Assembly: GCA_021806745.1 (NCBI GenBank)
Contig: JAJZQS010000001.1
Span: forward strand, 1-53,312
Source of the DNA: a bacterium
GTDB taxonomy: Bacteria; Elusimicrobiota; Elusimicrobia; UBA1565; UBA9628
Length of the DNA stretch: 53,312 nt
Direction: 5' to 3'
A model generated the notes under the pieces. The model saw only the letters and a list, made by a program, of their open reading frames with translations. It was not told the origin of the DNA and ran no database searches. The stretch's first letter is position 1. Each line of letters begins with the position of its first letter. A program made the position numbers and the translations under genes. Positions 8,274 through 17,845 of the stretch are shown one piece after another.

Positions 8274-9479
8274 ATGATCCAAGAGCAAGTGCGCTTTAAA
8301 GTACCGGTCGGCGGCCTGAGCATCAGCGCGCGCGGTCGGCGCTACGTCAACGAGGCCCTCAAGAACAACCGCCTGTCCTACGGCCCGTTCCTGCGCCGCT
8401 TCGAGGAAAATTTCGCGCGCGCGCACGATTGCCAGTGGTCCATCTCCTGCAACTCCGGCACCAGCGCCCTGCACGTGGCCGTCGCCGCGCTGCAGCTGCG
8501 GGGAAAATGGAAGCCCGGCGACGAGGTCTTGGTGCCCGCGCTGACCTTTGTGGCCACCTCGAACATGGCGATCCTGCAGGGCCTCAAGCCCGTGTTCGTG
8601 GACGTGGACCCGCGCACCTACAACATCGACCCCGCGCAAATCGAACGCCATGTCACCCGGCGCACGCGCCTGATCATGCCCGTCCACCTGTTCGGCCAGC
8701 CCTGCGAGATGGACGGCGTGATGGCGGCCGCCCGGCGCCACCGCCTGAAGGTCGTCGAGGATTCCGCCGAGACCATGTTCGCCAAATATCGCGGGCGCTC
8801 GGTGGGCTCCTTCGGCGACGCGGGTTGTTTCTCCACGTATGTCGCCCACATCCTGATCACCGGCGTGGGCGGCCTGGCCACCACCAACGACCCGGAGCTG
8901 GCGGTGTCGCTGCGCTCGCTGGTCAACCACGGCCGCGACTCCATCTACATCTCCATCGACGACAACGACAAGAAGCGCCACGCGGAAGTCCTGGCCCGCC
9001 GTTTCCGCTTCATCAGCATGGGCTTCAGCTACCGGCTCACGGAGTTGGAAGGCGCGCTGGGCTTGGCCCAATTGGAAGAGCAGGCCCCGCTGATGGCGCG
9101 CCGCCGCCGCAACGCGGACTATTTGCTCCAGGCGCTGAAGCCCTACGAAGAACATGTTCAGCTTCCCTGGTGGCCCGCTCATGTTCAACACTCGTTCATG
9201 ATGTTCCCGATCGTCTGCCGCGGCGGCGTGGACAAGGCGAAGTTCACCTTGTTCCTGGAAAAGCGCGGCATCGAGACGCGCGACATGGTCCCGCTGATCA
9301 ACCAGCCCTTCTATCGGAAGATGTACGGCAACATCGACAAGAAATACCCCGTCGCCGCGCGCATCAACCGCGACGGCTTCTACGTGGGCTGTCATCCGCA
9401 GTTGGGCCGCGGACAATTGGACATGATCGTCGAGGCGTTTCACGACTACTTCAAGAAAGGCGGACGGGGGCGGGCGTGA
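8274..9479 (+). CDS. DegT/DnrJ/EryC1-family PLP/PMP enzyme with His in place of the Schiff-base Lys: probable GDP-4-keto-6-deoxy-D-mannose 3-dehydratase (ColD-like)
   Basis: DegT-family N-terminus ([23 protein letters not shown]). The motif [15 protein letters not shown] aligns to SFxxxKxxxxGEGG with His192 (8847-8849) at the Lys position, as in ColD/E1 dehydratases. Its stop overlaps the gmd start. Confidence 0.6.
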   Translation: MIQEQVRFKVPVGGLSISARGRRYVNEALKNNRLSYGPFLRRFEENFARAHDCQWSISCNSGTSALHVAVAALQLRGKWKPGDEVLVPALTFVATSNMAILQGLKPVFVDVDPRTYNIDPAQIERHVTRRTRLIMPVHLFGQPCEMDGVMAAARRHRLKVVEDSAETMFAKYRGRSVGSFGDAGCFSTYVAHILITGVGGLATTNDPELAVSLRSLVNHGRDSIYISIDDNDKKRHAEVLARRFRFISMGFSYRLTELEGALGLAQLEEQAPLMARRRRNADYLLQALKPYEEHVQLPWWPAHVQHSFMMFPIVCRGGVDKAKFTLFLEKRGIETRDMVPLINQPFYRKMYGNIDKKYPVAARINRDGFYVGCHPQLGRGQLDMIVEAFHDYFKKGGRGRA

Positions 9480-10462
9480 GCAATAAAAAGGCGCTGATCA
9501 CGGGCATCACCGGCCAGGACGGGTCTTATCTGGCCGAGCTTCTGCTGGAGAAGGGCTACGAGGTCCACGGCATCATCCGCCGCTCCAGTTCCTTCAACAC
9601 CGGACGGCTGACCGGCGTCTTCCAGGATCCGCACGAGCGCGGCGCGCGCCTGCACCTGCACTACGGCGACCTGACCGACGGCAGCAGCATCAACCGCCTC
9701 ATGGAAAAGGTGGTCCCCGACGAGGTCTACCACCTGGCCGCGCAAAGCCACGTGCGCGTGAGCTTCGACATCCCCGAATACACCGGCGACGTGACCGGCC
9801 TGGGCGCCTTGCGCATCCTCGACGCCATCCGCGAGACCAAGGTCAAGGCCAAATTCTATCAGGCCTCCTCCAGCGAGATGTTCGGCGACACGACGATCGT
9901 GCCGCAAAGCGAGAAGACCCCGTTTCATCCGTGCAGCCCCTACGCCTGCGCCAAGGTCTACGCCTACCACCTGACCATCAACTACCGCGAGGCTTACGGG
10001 ATTTTCGCCTGCAACGGCATCCTGTTCAACCACGAGTCCCCCCGGCGCGGCGAGACCTTCGTCACGCGCAAGATCGCGCGGGCGGCGGCGCGCATCAAGG
10101 CCGGACTCGACAAGTTTCTCTACCTGGGCAACCTGGAAGCCAAGCGCGATTGGGGCTACGCGCCGGAGTACGTGGACGCGATGTGGCGCATGCTCCAGCA
10201 GAAGACGCCCGACGACTACGTGGTGGCCACCGGCGAGAGCCGCACCGTGCGCGAGTTCGTGGAGGCCGCGTTCGGCCACGTGGGCCTGGACTGGAAGAAG
10301 CATGTGCGCATCGACCCGCGCTACTACCGGCCCACCGAGGTCTCCTACCTGCTGGGCGACGCCGCGAAGGCGCGGCGCAAGCTGAAATGGGAACCGAAGA
10401 CCAAATTCAAGGACCTCGTGCGCCTGATGGTGGACGCCGAGGTGGCCGCGCTCTCCCGGTGA
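9476..10462 (+). CDS. gmd: GDP-mannose 4,6-dehydratase
   Basis: [41 protein letters not shown]..., [19 protein letters not shown] start overlaps the upstream stop (GTGA). Confidence 0.93.
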   Translation: MSNKKALITGITGQDGSYLAELLLEKGYEVHGIIRRSSSFNTGRLTGVFQDPHERGARLHLHYGDLTDGSSINRLMEKVVPDEVYHLAAQSHVRVSFDIPEYTGDVTGLGALRILDAIRETKVKAKFYQASSSEMFGDTTIVPQSEKTPFHPCSPYACAKVYAYHLTINYREAYGIFACNGILFNHESPRRGETFVTRKIARAAARIKAGLDKFLYLGNLEAKRDWGYAPEYVDAMWRMLQQKTPDDYVVATGESRTVREFVEAAFGHVGLDWKKHVRIDPRYYRPTEVSYLLGDAAKARRKLKWEPKTKFKDLVRLMVDAEVAALSR

Positions 10463-10959
10463 GCCGCCGCGCGCGCAAGGCGGCGCCCGTCGTGGGCGTC
10501 ATCATGGGCTCGGCCTCCGACTGGGCGACGATGAAAGCCGCCGCCGAGGTCCTGGACCTCTACGGCATTGCCTATGAGAAAGAAATCGTCTCCGCGCACC
10601 GCACGCCCGACAAGCTGATGGCCTACGCGGGCTCGGCCGAGGCGCGGGGACTGAAGGTGATCATCGCCGGCGCCGGCGGGGCCGCGCACCTGCCCGGCAT
10701 GGCCGCCGCGAAGACCGTCTTGCCCGTGCTCGGAGTGCCGGTGGCCTCGAAGGCGCTCAAAGGGCTGGATTCCTTGCTGTCGATCGCGCAGATGCCGCGC
10801 GGCGTCGCCGTGGGGACTTTGGCCGTCGGCGAGGCGGGTGCCGCCAACGCCGGCCACCTGGCCGCGCAGATCCTGGCGCTGTCGGACCCCGCGCTCGCGC
10901 GCCGCGTGCGGGCGTTTCGCGCCGCGCAGACCGCGAAGGTCCTGAAGGCGCGCCCGTGA
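10459..10959 (+). CDS. purE: N5-carboxyaminoimidazole ribonucleotide mutase
   Basis: [11 protein letters not shown]...[10 protein letters not shown]...[17 protein letters not shown] start overlaps the gmd stop (GTGA). Confidence 0.93.
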   Translation: MSRRARKAAPVVGVIMGSASDWATMKAAAEVLDLYGIAYEKEIVSAHRTPDKLMAYAGSAEARGLKVIIAGAGGAAHLPGMAAAKTVLPVLGVPVASKALKGLDSLLSIAQMPRGVAVGTLAVGEAGAANAGHLAAQILALSDPALARRVRAFRAAQTAKVLKARP

Positions 10960-12080
10960 CGGACGGCGCTCTCGCGTCCGGCAAAACCCTCGGCATCCTC
11001 GGCGGCGGCCAACTCGGACGCATGATCGCGCAGGCCGCGCGCGGCCTCGGCTTCAAGACCGCGGCGCTCGACGCCGCCGCCGACGCGCCCGCCCTGCAGG
11101 TCGTCGATTTCCCCGTCGTCGGCTCGGTCGACGACCCCGCCGCCGCGCGTCGCCTGGCCGAGGTCTCGGATTTGTTGACGCTGGAGTGGGAATTGATCGC
11201 GCCGGCGGCGCTGGAGGAAGCCGCGCGCCTCAAGCCGCTGCATCCCGCGCCGTCGGTACTGGCCGTGATCCGGGATAGGAAAACGCAGCGCGAGTTCCTG
11301 GCGCGGCGCGGATTTCCGCAAACCGAGTGGGGCGCGGCGGCTTCGGCGGCCGACCTGCCGTTCTACCCGGTCATCGTCAAGCGGCGAACGCACGGCTACG
11401 ACGGGAAAGGCCAGGCGAGGCTGGCCTCCCCCGCCGACGCCGCGGCCAGCGCCGACATCTTCGCCGCCCCGTGCGTTTGGGAAAAAATCGTGCCGTTCGA
11501 GGCCGAGATTTCGGCGATCCTCGCCCGCGGCCGCCGCGGCGAGACCGCGGTCTACCCGGTCGCCGAAAACGCCCATCGCGACGGGATACTGCGCACGACG
11601 CGCGCGCCCGCGCGCGTGCCGCCGGCCGTCGCGCGCGCCGCCGAGGAACTCGCGCTTGAAATCGCCTCGTCGCTCGGCCACGTCGGCGTGATGGCCGTGG
11701 AGATGTTCGTCCTGCCGGGCGGAGGCCTCCTGGTCAACGAAATCGCCCCCCGCGTGCACAACAGCGGCCACTACACCCTCGGCGCCTGCGCGACCTCCCA
11801 GTTCGAGCAGCACGCGCGCGCCGTCGCGGGCCTGCCGCTGGGCCCGACCTCGGCTTCAGGGCCGGCGCTGATGGTCAATCTGTTGGGAGACTTGTGGGAA
11901 AACGGCCAGCCCGACTGGTCCGCGCTCGACGGCATCCCCGGCCTAAGCCTGCACCTCTACGGAAAGTCCTCCGCCCGCCCCGGACGCAAGATGGGGCATT
12001 ACGTCGTCGTCGGACCCAACGCCGACGAGGAACTCGCCCGCGCCGACGCCCGGCTCAGCGCCCTCGCCCGGCGCGCGTGA
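10956..12080 (+). CDS. purK: N5-carboxyaminoimidazole ribonucleotide synthase
   Basis: [15 protein letters not shown]-grasp body, [15 protein letters not shown] start overlaps the purE stop (GTGA). Confidence 0.92.
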   Translation: MTDGALASGKTLGILGGGQLGRMIAQAARGLGFKTAALDAAADAPALQVVDFPVVGSVDDPAAARRLAEVSDLLTLEWELIAPAALEEAARLKPLHPAPSVLAVIRDRKTQREFLARRGFPQTEWGAAASAADLPFYPVIVKRRTHGYDGKGQARLASPADAAASADIFAAPCVWEKIVPFEAEISAILARGRRGETAVYPVAENAHRDGILRTTRAPARVPPAVARAAEELALEIASSLGHVGVMAVEMFVLPGGGLLVNEIAPRVHNSGHYTLGACATSQFEQHARAVAGLPLGPTSASGPALMVNLLGDLWENGQPDWSALDGIPGLSLHLYGKSSARPGRKMGHYVVVGPNADEELARADARLSALARRA

Positions 12081-12552
12081 CCCGCGGCCTCTCGCGCGGC
12101 CCCATTCCAAGCGGCATGCGCGCGACGACCTTGAGCATGTCCATCGTCGTCACGATTCCGCAGAGACGATCCTCGCGCGTGATCAGCACGCGATGGATGT
12201 GGCGCTCGAGCATCGCCTTGGCCACCGCCGCGACCGTCGCCGACTCGTCGAAGGTGATCGCGCCCGGCGTCATGATCTGCTCGACGCGCGTGTCGTCGCA
12301 TTCCTCCACGTGCATGCCGACGGCCTCCTCCACATCCTCGGGCTCGGCGTGGAACGCCGCCGAAGACGGCGGCTGCCCGCGGCGCGCTCCGACGACGTCC
12401 GTCTGGGAGACGACCCCGATCACGCTCCCGTCCCGGTCCACGACCGGAGCCCCCGTGATGCCGTGTTCTTGGAACGCCTTGACGAGTTCGGGGATCGTCC
12501 AATCGGCTTCGACCGAGACGACGTCCCGGCGCATGATGTCCTTGACCAGCAT
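12055..12552 (-). CDS. CBS-domain pair protein
   Basis: Two CBS repeats (MLVKDIMRRDVVSV...ITGAPVVDRDGSVIGVVSQTDV ; EQIMTPGAITF...HRVLITREDRLCGIVTTMDMLK). SD GGGAGG lies 5 nt upstream. The 3' end overlaps purK by 26 nt. Confidence 0.85.
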   Translation of the reverse strand: MLVKDIMRRDVVSVEADWTIPELVKAFQEHGITGAPVVDRDGSVIGVVSQTDVVGARRGQPPSSAAFHAEPEDVEEAVGMHVEECDDTRVEQIMTPGAITFDESATVAAVAKAMLERHIHRVLITREDRLCGIVTTMDMLKVVARMPLGMGPRERPRVTRAGRGR

Positions 12553-12645
12553 AGGGACCTCCCGCGGCCCACGCCGCTACCGTGTGGCTACGCAACGATG
12601 TTGGCAGACCGCGAAAGCTGGCAGGAGCATTGCCATCGGCCGGGC

Positions 12646-14544
12646 ATGAGCCGCCGATTCGTCTCCGCCGCCCAGGCGCTGTCGCGCGTGCGCTCCGGCC
12701 ACCATGTCTTCGTCGGTTCCGGCTGCGCCGAGCCGGAAATCCTCGTGCGCGCGATGGCCGCCCGCGCGCGAGAATTGCGCGACGTCGAGGTCCTGCACCT
12801 GCTCACCGCCGGAGCGGCGCCCTACGCCGACCCCGCTCTGCGCGACAGCTTCCGCCACAACGCGCTCTTCATCGGGCCCAACGTCCGCTCCGCGGTCGGC
12901 GCCGGAGCGGCCGACTACACGCCGTGCTTCCTGCACGAGGTCCCCAAACTCATCGCCTCGGGCCGCCTGCCCGTCGACGTCGCGCTGGTGCAGACCTCCG
13001 CGCCGGATGAGCGCGGCGACCTGTCTCTGGGCATCGCGGTGGACGTGATCCGGGCCGCCGTCGAGGCGGCGCCGCTCGTCATCGCTCAGGTCAATTCGCG
13101 CATGCCGCGCACGCGCGGCCGCAGCCGTCTGCCCGCGTCCGCTTTCGATCTTCTCGTCGAGGGCGACGCGCCGCTGCTGGAGCTGCCGCACCGCCCGCCC
13201 GGAGCCGAAGCCGCGCTGATCGCGCGCCACTGCGCGCGGCTGATCCCCGACGCGGCGACGGTCCAGATGGGCATCGGCGCGATCCCGGACGCCGTCTTAT
13301 CGGCGCTCAAGGACAAAAACGACCTCGGGGTCCACACGGAGATGTTCTCCGACGGCCTGCTCGACCTGCTGCGGCTCGGGGTGGTCAACGGCGCGCGCAA
13401 GAGCCTGCGCCGCGGGAAAGTCGTCGCGTCCTTCTGCATGGGCAGTCGAAAGCTCTACGACGCGGTCGACGAGGACGATCGCTTCGAGTTCCATCCGTCC
13501 GACTACGTCAACGACCCGTTCATCGTCTCGCGCAACGACCGCATGGTCGCGATCAACTCCGCGCTGCAGGTGGATTTGACCGGACAAGTCTGCTCCGACT
13601 CGATCGGCAACCGCTTCTACAGCGGCTTCGGCGGCCAGGTGGACTTCATCCGCGGCGCCGCCCGCTCCAAGGACGGAAAGGCCATCATCGCCCTGCCCTC
13701 GACGGCGAAATCGGGCAGCGTCTCGCGCATCGTCGCGACGCTCGACGCGGGCGCGGGCGTGGTCACCAGCCGCGCCGACGTGGATTTCGTCGTCACCGAA
13801 CGAGGCATCGCAAGCCTCAAGGGTCGATCGGTGCGCGAGCGGGCGCTGGCGCTGATCGCCGTCGCGCATCCGAACTTCCAGGACGAATTGCTGGAGCGCG
13901 CGCGCGAACTGGGGTTCGTCTATCCCGACCAGCGTCCGTGGCCGAAAAACGGCCTCCCGTATCCGATCGAGTGCGAGACGAGTCTGATTTCCCGCGACGG
14001 GCGCGAACTCGAAGTCCGCCCGCTGAAGGCTTCCGATGAACGCGCGCTGCGCGATCTTTTCTACTCCCACTCTCGGGAGACGATCATGGCGCGTTACGGC
14101 CGCCCGCTGAGCTCGCTGTCGCGGGCGCAGGTCCAGGATTTCGTCACGCTCGACTACGACCGGCGCATGGCGTTGGGCGCCTTCGAGCGGCGCGGCCGAG
14201 CGGCGCGCCTGCTGGGCGTGGCGCGCTGGGACCTGCGCGGCGACGGCCGCCCCGCCGCGGTAAACCTGACGGTTCACGACGAGTTCCAGGGACTGGGCAT
14301 CGGTTCGTTTCTTCTGCGCCTGCTCCTGCGCCACGCCCGGCGCCGAGGCATCTGCTCGCTGTGCGCCGAGTACACGACCGCGCGCCAGAGGATGACGGGA
14401 TTGGCGAAAGCCACCGGCGGGCGCGCGTCGGCGGTCGGTCCCGGCCGCTGGCGCGTCCTCTGGAGCCTTTCCGGCCCGGCCGCTTTGACCCCCCGCGCGG
14501 GAAAATTGTCTAATCGCCCCGGCGCGCTCGCGCCGCTCGCGTGA
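12646..14544 (+). CDS. Acetyl-CoA hydrolase/transferase family protein fused to a C-terminal GNAT acetyltransferase domain
   Basis: The N-terminus VSAAQALSRVRSGHHVFVGSGCAEP and GFGGQVDFIRGA are typical of the acetyl-CoA hydrolase/transferase family. The C-terminal ~170 aa carries the GNAT motif A context (VHDEFQGLGIGSFLLRLLLRHARRRG). An alternative in-frame ATG lies at 12598. Confidence 0.85.
   Translation: MSRRFVSAAQALSRVRSGHHVFVGSGCAEPEILVRAMAARARELRDVEVLHLLTAGAAPYADPALRDSFRHNALFIGPNVRSAVGAGAADYTPCFLHEVPKLIASGRLPVDVALVQTSAPDERGDLSLGIAVDVIRAAVEAAPLVIAQVNSRMPRTRGRSRLPASAFDLLVEGDAPLLELPHRPPGAEAALIARHCARLIPDAATVQMGIGAIPDAVLSALKDKNDLGVHTEMFSDGLLDLLRLGVVNGARKSLRRGKVVASFCMGSRKLYDAVDEDDRFEFHPSDYVNDPFIVSRNDRMVAINSALQVDLTGQVCSDSIGNRFYSGFGGQVDFIRGAARSKDGKAIIALPSTAKSGSVSRIVATLDAGAGVVTSRADVDFVVTERGIASLKGRSVRERALALIAVAHPNFQDELLERARELGFVYPDQRPWPKNGLPYPIECETSLISRDGRELEVRPLKASDERALRDLFYSHSRETIMARYGRPLSSLSRAQVQDFVTLDYDRRMALGAFERRGRAARLLGVARWDLRGDGRPAAVNLTVHDEFQGLGIGSFLLRLLLRHARRRGICSLCAEYTTARQRMTGLAKATGGRASAVGPGRWRVLWSLSGPAALTPRAGKLSNRPGALAPLA
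14485..14514 (+). promoter_or_regulatory. Candidate internal promoter TTGACC-18-TCTAAT inside the 3' end of the upstream gene, 26 nt before the pyrB GTG
   Basis: TTGACC at 14485-14490 and TCTAAT at 14509-14514. The sequence is paralogous to the element at 17760-17788. Confidence 0.45.
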
Positions 14545-15461
14545 CGACATCCCGCCGCAAAGATCTGCTCGGCCTGGAAGGGCTGAGCGCCGCCGAGATC
14601 GAGGCCATCCTCGATGAGGCCGCGCTGTACAAGGCCAAGCCGCCCAAGACGCCGCTGGCCGGACGCACGGTCGCGTTCCTGTTTTCCGAGGCCTCCACGC
14701 GCACGCGCTCGTCGTTCGAGGAGGCGGCTTTGCGCCTGGGCGCGCAGCCGTTGAGCTTCTCGGCCGCGGGCTCGTCGCTGGCCAAGGGCGAGACGATCCT
14801 CGACACGATGCGAAACCTGGAGGCGATCGACGTCACGCATTTCGTCGTGCGCCACGAGCGCTCCGGCGTGCTCGAAGACCTCGCGCCGCGCGTCGCCGCG
14901 AGCGTGATCAACGCCGGCGACGGCTGGCACGAGCACCCCACCCAGGCGCTTCTCGACGCGCTGACCCTGCGCGAGCGCTGGAGCTCGTTCAAGGGGCGGC
15001 GCGTGGTGATCCTCGGCGACGTCCGCCACAGCCGCGTGGCGCGCTCGAACCTGATCGCGCTCAAGGCGCTGGGCGCGAAGGTCGTCTTCTGCGGGCCCAC
15101 GCCGCTGGTCCCCGACGCGCTGTCTGCGCTGGGCGCGCAAGTCGAGCACGACGCGAGGCGCGCGCTCAAGGACGCCGATGCGGTCAACGTCTTGCGCCTG
15201 CAGTTGGAGCGCATGGAGCAGGGCTTCGTTCCGTCGCTGGCCGATTACGCGCTGGGCTACCGTCTGACGCCGGAACTCGCCGCGCTGATGAAGCCGGACG
15301 CCTTCGTCCTGCATCCGGGGCCGATGAACCGCGGCGTCGAAATCGACTCCGCGGTCGCCGACGGCCCGCGCTCGCTGATTTTGTCTCAGGTCGCCAACGG
15401 GGTATTCGTGCGCATGGCGGTCCTGTCCGCCTGCGACCGAGGGAGGCCGGCGCGTGGCTGA
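14541..15461 (+). CDS. pyrB: Aspartate carbamoyltransferase catalytic subunit
   Basis: FSEASTRTRSSFE, HPTQALLD, HPGPMNRG. GTG start overlaps the upstream stop (GTGA). Confidence 0.95.
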   Translation: MTTSRRKDLLGLEGLSAAEIEAILDEAALYKAKPPKTPLAGRTVAFLFSEASTRTRSSFEEAALRLGAQPLSFSAAGSSLAKGETILDTMRNLEAIDVTHFVVRHERSGVLEDLAPRVAASVINAGDGWHEHPTQALLDALTLRERWSSFKGRRVVILGDVRHSRVARSNLIALKALGAKVVFCGPTPLVPDALSALGAQVEHDARRALKDADAVNVLRLQLERMEQGFVPSLADYALGYRLTPELAALMKPDAFVLHPGPMNRGVEIDSAVADGPRSLILSQVANGVFVRMAVLSACDRGRPARG

Positions 15462-16746
15462 GCGGCTGCTGATTCGCGGCGGCACCGTCGTCGACCCGGC
15501 GCGCGGCGTCGAGGCCGCGCGCGACGTGCTGATCGAAGACGGAAAAATCCGCGACCTGGCCGCGGGACTATCCAAGAAGCCCGGGCTCCAAGGCGTGGAG
15601 ACGATCGACGCCTCCGGACTGTGGGTGATCCCGGGCCTGGTCGACATGCACGTGCACCTGCGCGAGCCGGGCCGCGAGGGCGACGAGACCATCGCCACGG
15701 GAACCTCCGCCGCCGCCCGCGGCGGCGTGACCACGGTGCTGGCCATGGCCAACACGGAGCCGGTCTGCGACACCCCGGCCCAGCTGCGCCTGCTGCGCGC
15801 GAAGGCCGACGCCGACGCGAAGGTCCGCGTTCTTTTCGCCGGCGCCGTGACCGTCGGCCAAAAAGGCGAGCGCCTGACCGAGTTCGCGCGGCTGAAAGAG
15901 GCGGGCGCCGCCGCGCTCTCCGACGACGGACGGCCGCTGATGAGCGCGGGGCTCATGCGCCGGGCGCTGGAGCTGGCGCGCGATCAAAACCTCGTCGTCA
16001 TCGACCACTGCGAGGATTTGACGCTGTCGGCGGGCGCTTGCGCCAACGAGGGCGCTCCGGCGCTGCGCAAAGGGCTCAAAGGCGCGCCGTGGGCCGCGGA
16101 GACCGTCCAAGTGCTGCGCGACATCGCGCTGGCGGAACTCACCGGAGCGCGCGTGCACCTGGCGCACCTGTCGGCGGCGGCCTCGGTGGAGGCCGTGCGC
16201 GCGGCCAAGCGGCGCGGCGCGCCCGTCACGGCCGAAGCCTGCCCGCACCACTTCGCGCTCAGCGACGACATGATCCCCGGCTACGACGCCGACTGGAAGA
16301 TGAATCCGCCGCTGCGCTCGCGCGAGGACCGCGCCGCGCTCGTCGAAGGACTGGCCGACGGCACCATCGACGCGATCGCCACCGACCACGCGCCGCACGG
16401 CTGCGCGGCCAAGGCCGCGGGCTTCGACCCCGCGCCCTTCGGCGTGATCGGCCTGGAGACCGCGCTGGCCGTCTCGCTGACCGAGCTCTATCACAAGAAG
16501 GCCTTGACGCGCCGCGAACTCGTCGCGCGCCTGTGCGCGGCGCCGGCGGCCATCCTGGGCCTTGGCGACCGCGGCACGCTCGCGCCGGGCGTGCCGGCCG
16601 ACTTGACCCTGGTGGACCCGAACGCGGAGTGGACTCCCGCCGCGCCCTACGCGTCGAAGTCGCGCAACACGCCGTTTTCCGGGCGCCGGCTGAAAGGGCG
16701 CGCGGCGCGCACTCTCGTGGGCGGGCGGACCGTGCATGCTCTATGA
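15454..16746 (+). CDS. pyrC: Dihydroorotase (long, multifunctional-complex type)
   Basis: GLVDMHVHLREPG, 430 aa, DHAPH near the C-terminus. It overlaps pyrB by 8 nt. Confidence 0.93.
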   Translation: MAERLLIRGGTVVDPARGVEAARDVLIEDGKIRDLAAGLSKKPGLQGVETIDASGLWVIPGLVDMHVHLREPGREGDETIATGTSAAARGGVTTVLAMANTEPVCDTPAQLRLLRAKADADAKVRVLFAGAVTVGQKGERLTEFARLKEAGAAALSDDGRPLMSAGLMRRALELARDQNLVVIDHCEDLTLSAGACANEGAPALRKGLKGAPWAAETVQVLRDIALAELTGARVHLAHLSAAASVEAVRAAKRRGAPVTAEACPHHFALSDDMIPGYDADWKMNPPLRSREDRAALVEGLADGTIDAIATDHAPHGCAAKAAGFDPAPFGVIGLETALAVSLTELYHKKALTRRELVARLCAAPAAILGLGDRGTLAPGVPADLTLVDPNAEWTPAAPYASKSRNTPFSGRRLKGRAARTLVGGRTVHAL

Positions 16747-17776
16747 GCGCGTCCAGCCGCTGCTGTTCAAGCTCGACGCCGAGCGCGCGCACGAGGAGGT
16801 CTGCGGATTGCTGGCCCTGCTCGACGCGCTTCCCGGCGGCGCGATCGCCCTCGGCGCGCTGACCGGCGCGCACGAGACGGGCTGGATGAGCGGCCTGTCG
16901 CGCGAGCTCTTCGGGCTGCGCTTCCCCAACCCGATCGGACTTGCCGCCGGCTTCGACAAGGACGGGAGGCTTTCGCGCGTTCTGCCCGCGCTGGGGTTTG
17001 GCTTCATCGAGATCGGCTCGGTGACGCTGGAACCGCAGCCCGGCAACCCGCGTCCGCGGCTGTTCCGCGTTCCGGAGTCCGAAGCCCTGCTCAACCGGAT
17101 GGGATTCAACGGCGAGGGGGCGCGCGCGGTCGCGCGGCGGCTGGCCGCGCGCGAAAAGTGTCCGGTGCCGCTGGGCGTCAACCTCGGGCTCAACAAGGAC
17201 GCCGCGCCCGCGCAAGCCCCCGCCGCCTACGCGCGAGCGATGCGGATTCTGTCGGCCCACGGCGATTACTTCGTCGTCAACGTCTCCTCGCCCAACACCC
17301 CGGGACTGCGCGACCTGCAGAAGTCCCGGGAACTCGCCGCGATTTTGGAAGCCGTCGGCGAGGCCAACGCCGCGCGCAAGCCCGTGCTCGTCAAGCTCTC
17401 GCCGGACCTCTCGCCGGAGGATTTCGACGAGGGCGTCGCCGTCGCCGAGCGCCTGGCCCAGGGGCTGGTCGTGTCCAACACCACGATCTCGCGCGAAGGC
17501 GTCGACCCGCGCTGGGCGTCGGAACCGGGCGGCCTGTCGGGCGCGCCGCTGCGCGAACGCGCGCTCGCGCTCGTGCGCCGCGCGCGCGGGCGCACGAGCC
17601 TGCCGATCGTCGGCTGCGGCGGCGTCGCGGGCCCCGGCGACGCGCGCGCGATGCTCGAGGCCGGGGCCGACCTCGTCGAGCTCTACACCGGCCTCGTCTA
17701 CGGCGGACCGCGCGCGGTGCGCGAAATTCTGCTGGCGCTTTCGCGCGAGCCGACCCTTTTTGACGGCCGCAGATGA
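16736..17776 (+). CDS. pyrD: Dihydroorotate dehydrogenase (quinone), class 2
   Basis: FPNPIGLAAGFDKDG, NRMGFNG, NVSSPNTPGLR, GCGGV. It overlaps pyrC by 11 nt. Confidence 0.93.
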   Translation: MLYERVQPLLFKLDAERAHEEVCGLLALLDALPGGAIALGALTGAHETGWMSGLSRELFGLRFPNPIGLAAGFDKDGRLSRVLPALGFGFIEIGSVTLEPQPGNPRPRLFRVPESEALLNRMGFNGEGARAVARRLAAREKCPVPLGVNLGLNKDAAPAQAPAAYARAMRILSAHGDYFVVNVSSPNTPGLRDLQKSRELAAILEAVGEANAARKPVLVKLSPDLSPEDFDEGVAVAERLAQGLVVSNTTISREGVDPRWASEPGGLSGAPLRERALALVRRARGRTSLPIVGCGGVAGPGDARAMLEAGADLVELYTGLVYGGPRAVREILLALSREPTLFDGRR

Positions 17777-17788
17777 AATTGGTCTAAT
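17760..17788 (+). promoter_or_regulatory. Candidate promoter TTGACG-17-TCTAAT (TGg extended -10) straddling the pyrD stop, upstream of pyrF
   Basis: TTGACG at 17760-17765 and TCTAAT at 17783-17788. It shares GAAA(A)TTG(G)TCTAATCG with the element before pyrB. Confidence 0.45.
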
Positions 17789-17845
17789 CGTCCGGGCCGG
17801 CACGACCGGACCGACCATGACGGACTGGGGCCGCCAGGAGGCGCC

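Noticed and set aside
8160-9443. N-terminal 428 codons of the 691-aa minus-strand ORF
   Set aside because: It is antisense to the colD-like gene. A TAGAAT-5-GTG promoter/start at 8170-8157 defines the real membrane-protein start.
14274-17818. Minus-strand ORFs of 560 aa (14274-15956) and 519 aa (16259-17818) over pyrB/pyrC/pyrD
   Set aside because: They are antisense to conserved pyr genes and have no motifs. High-GC artefacts.
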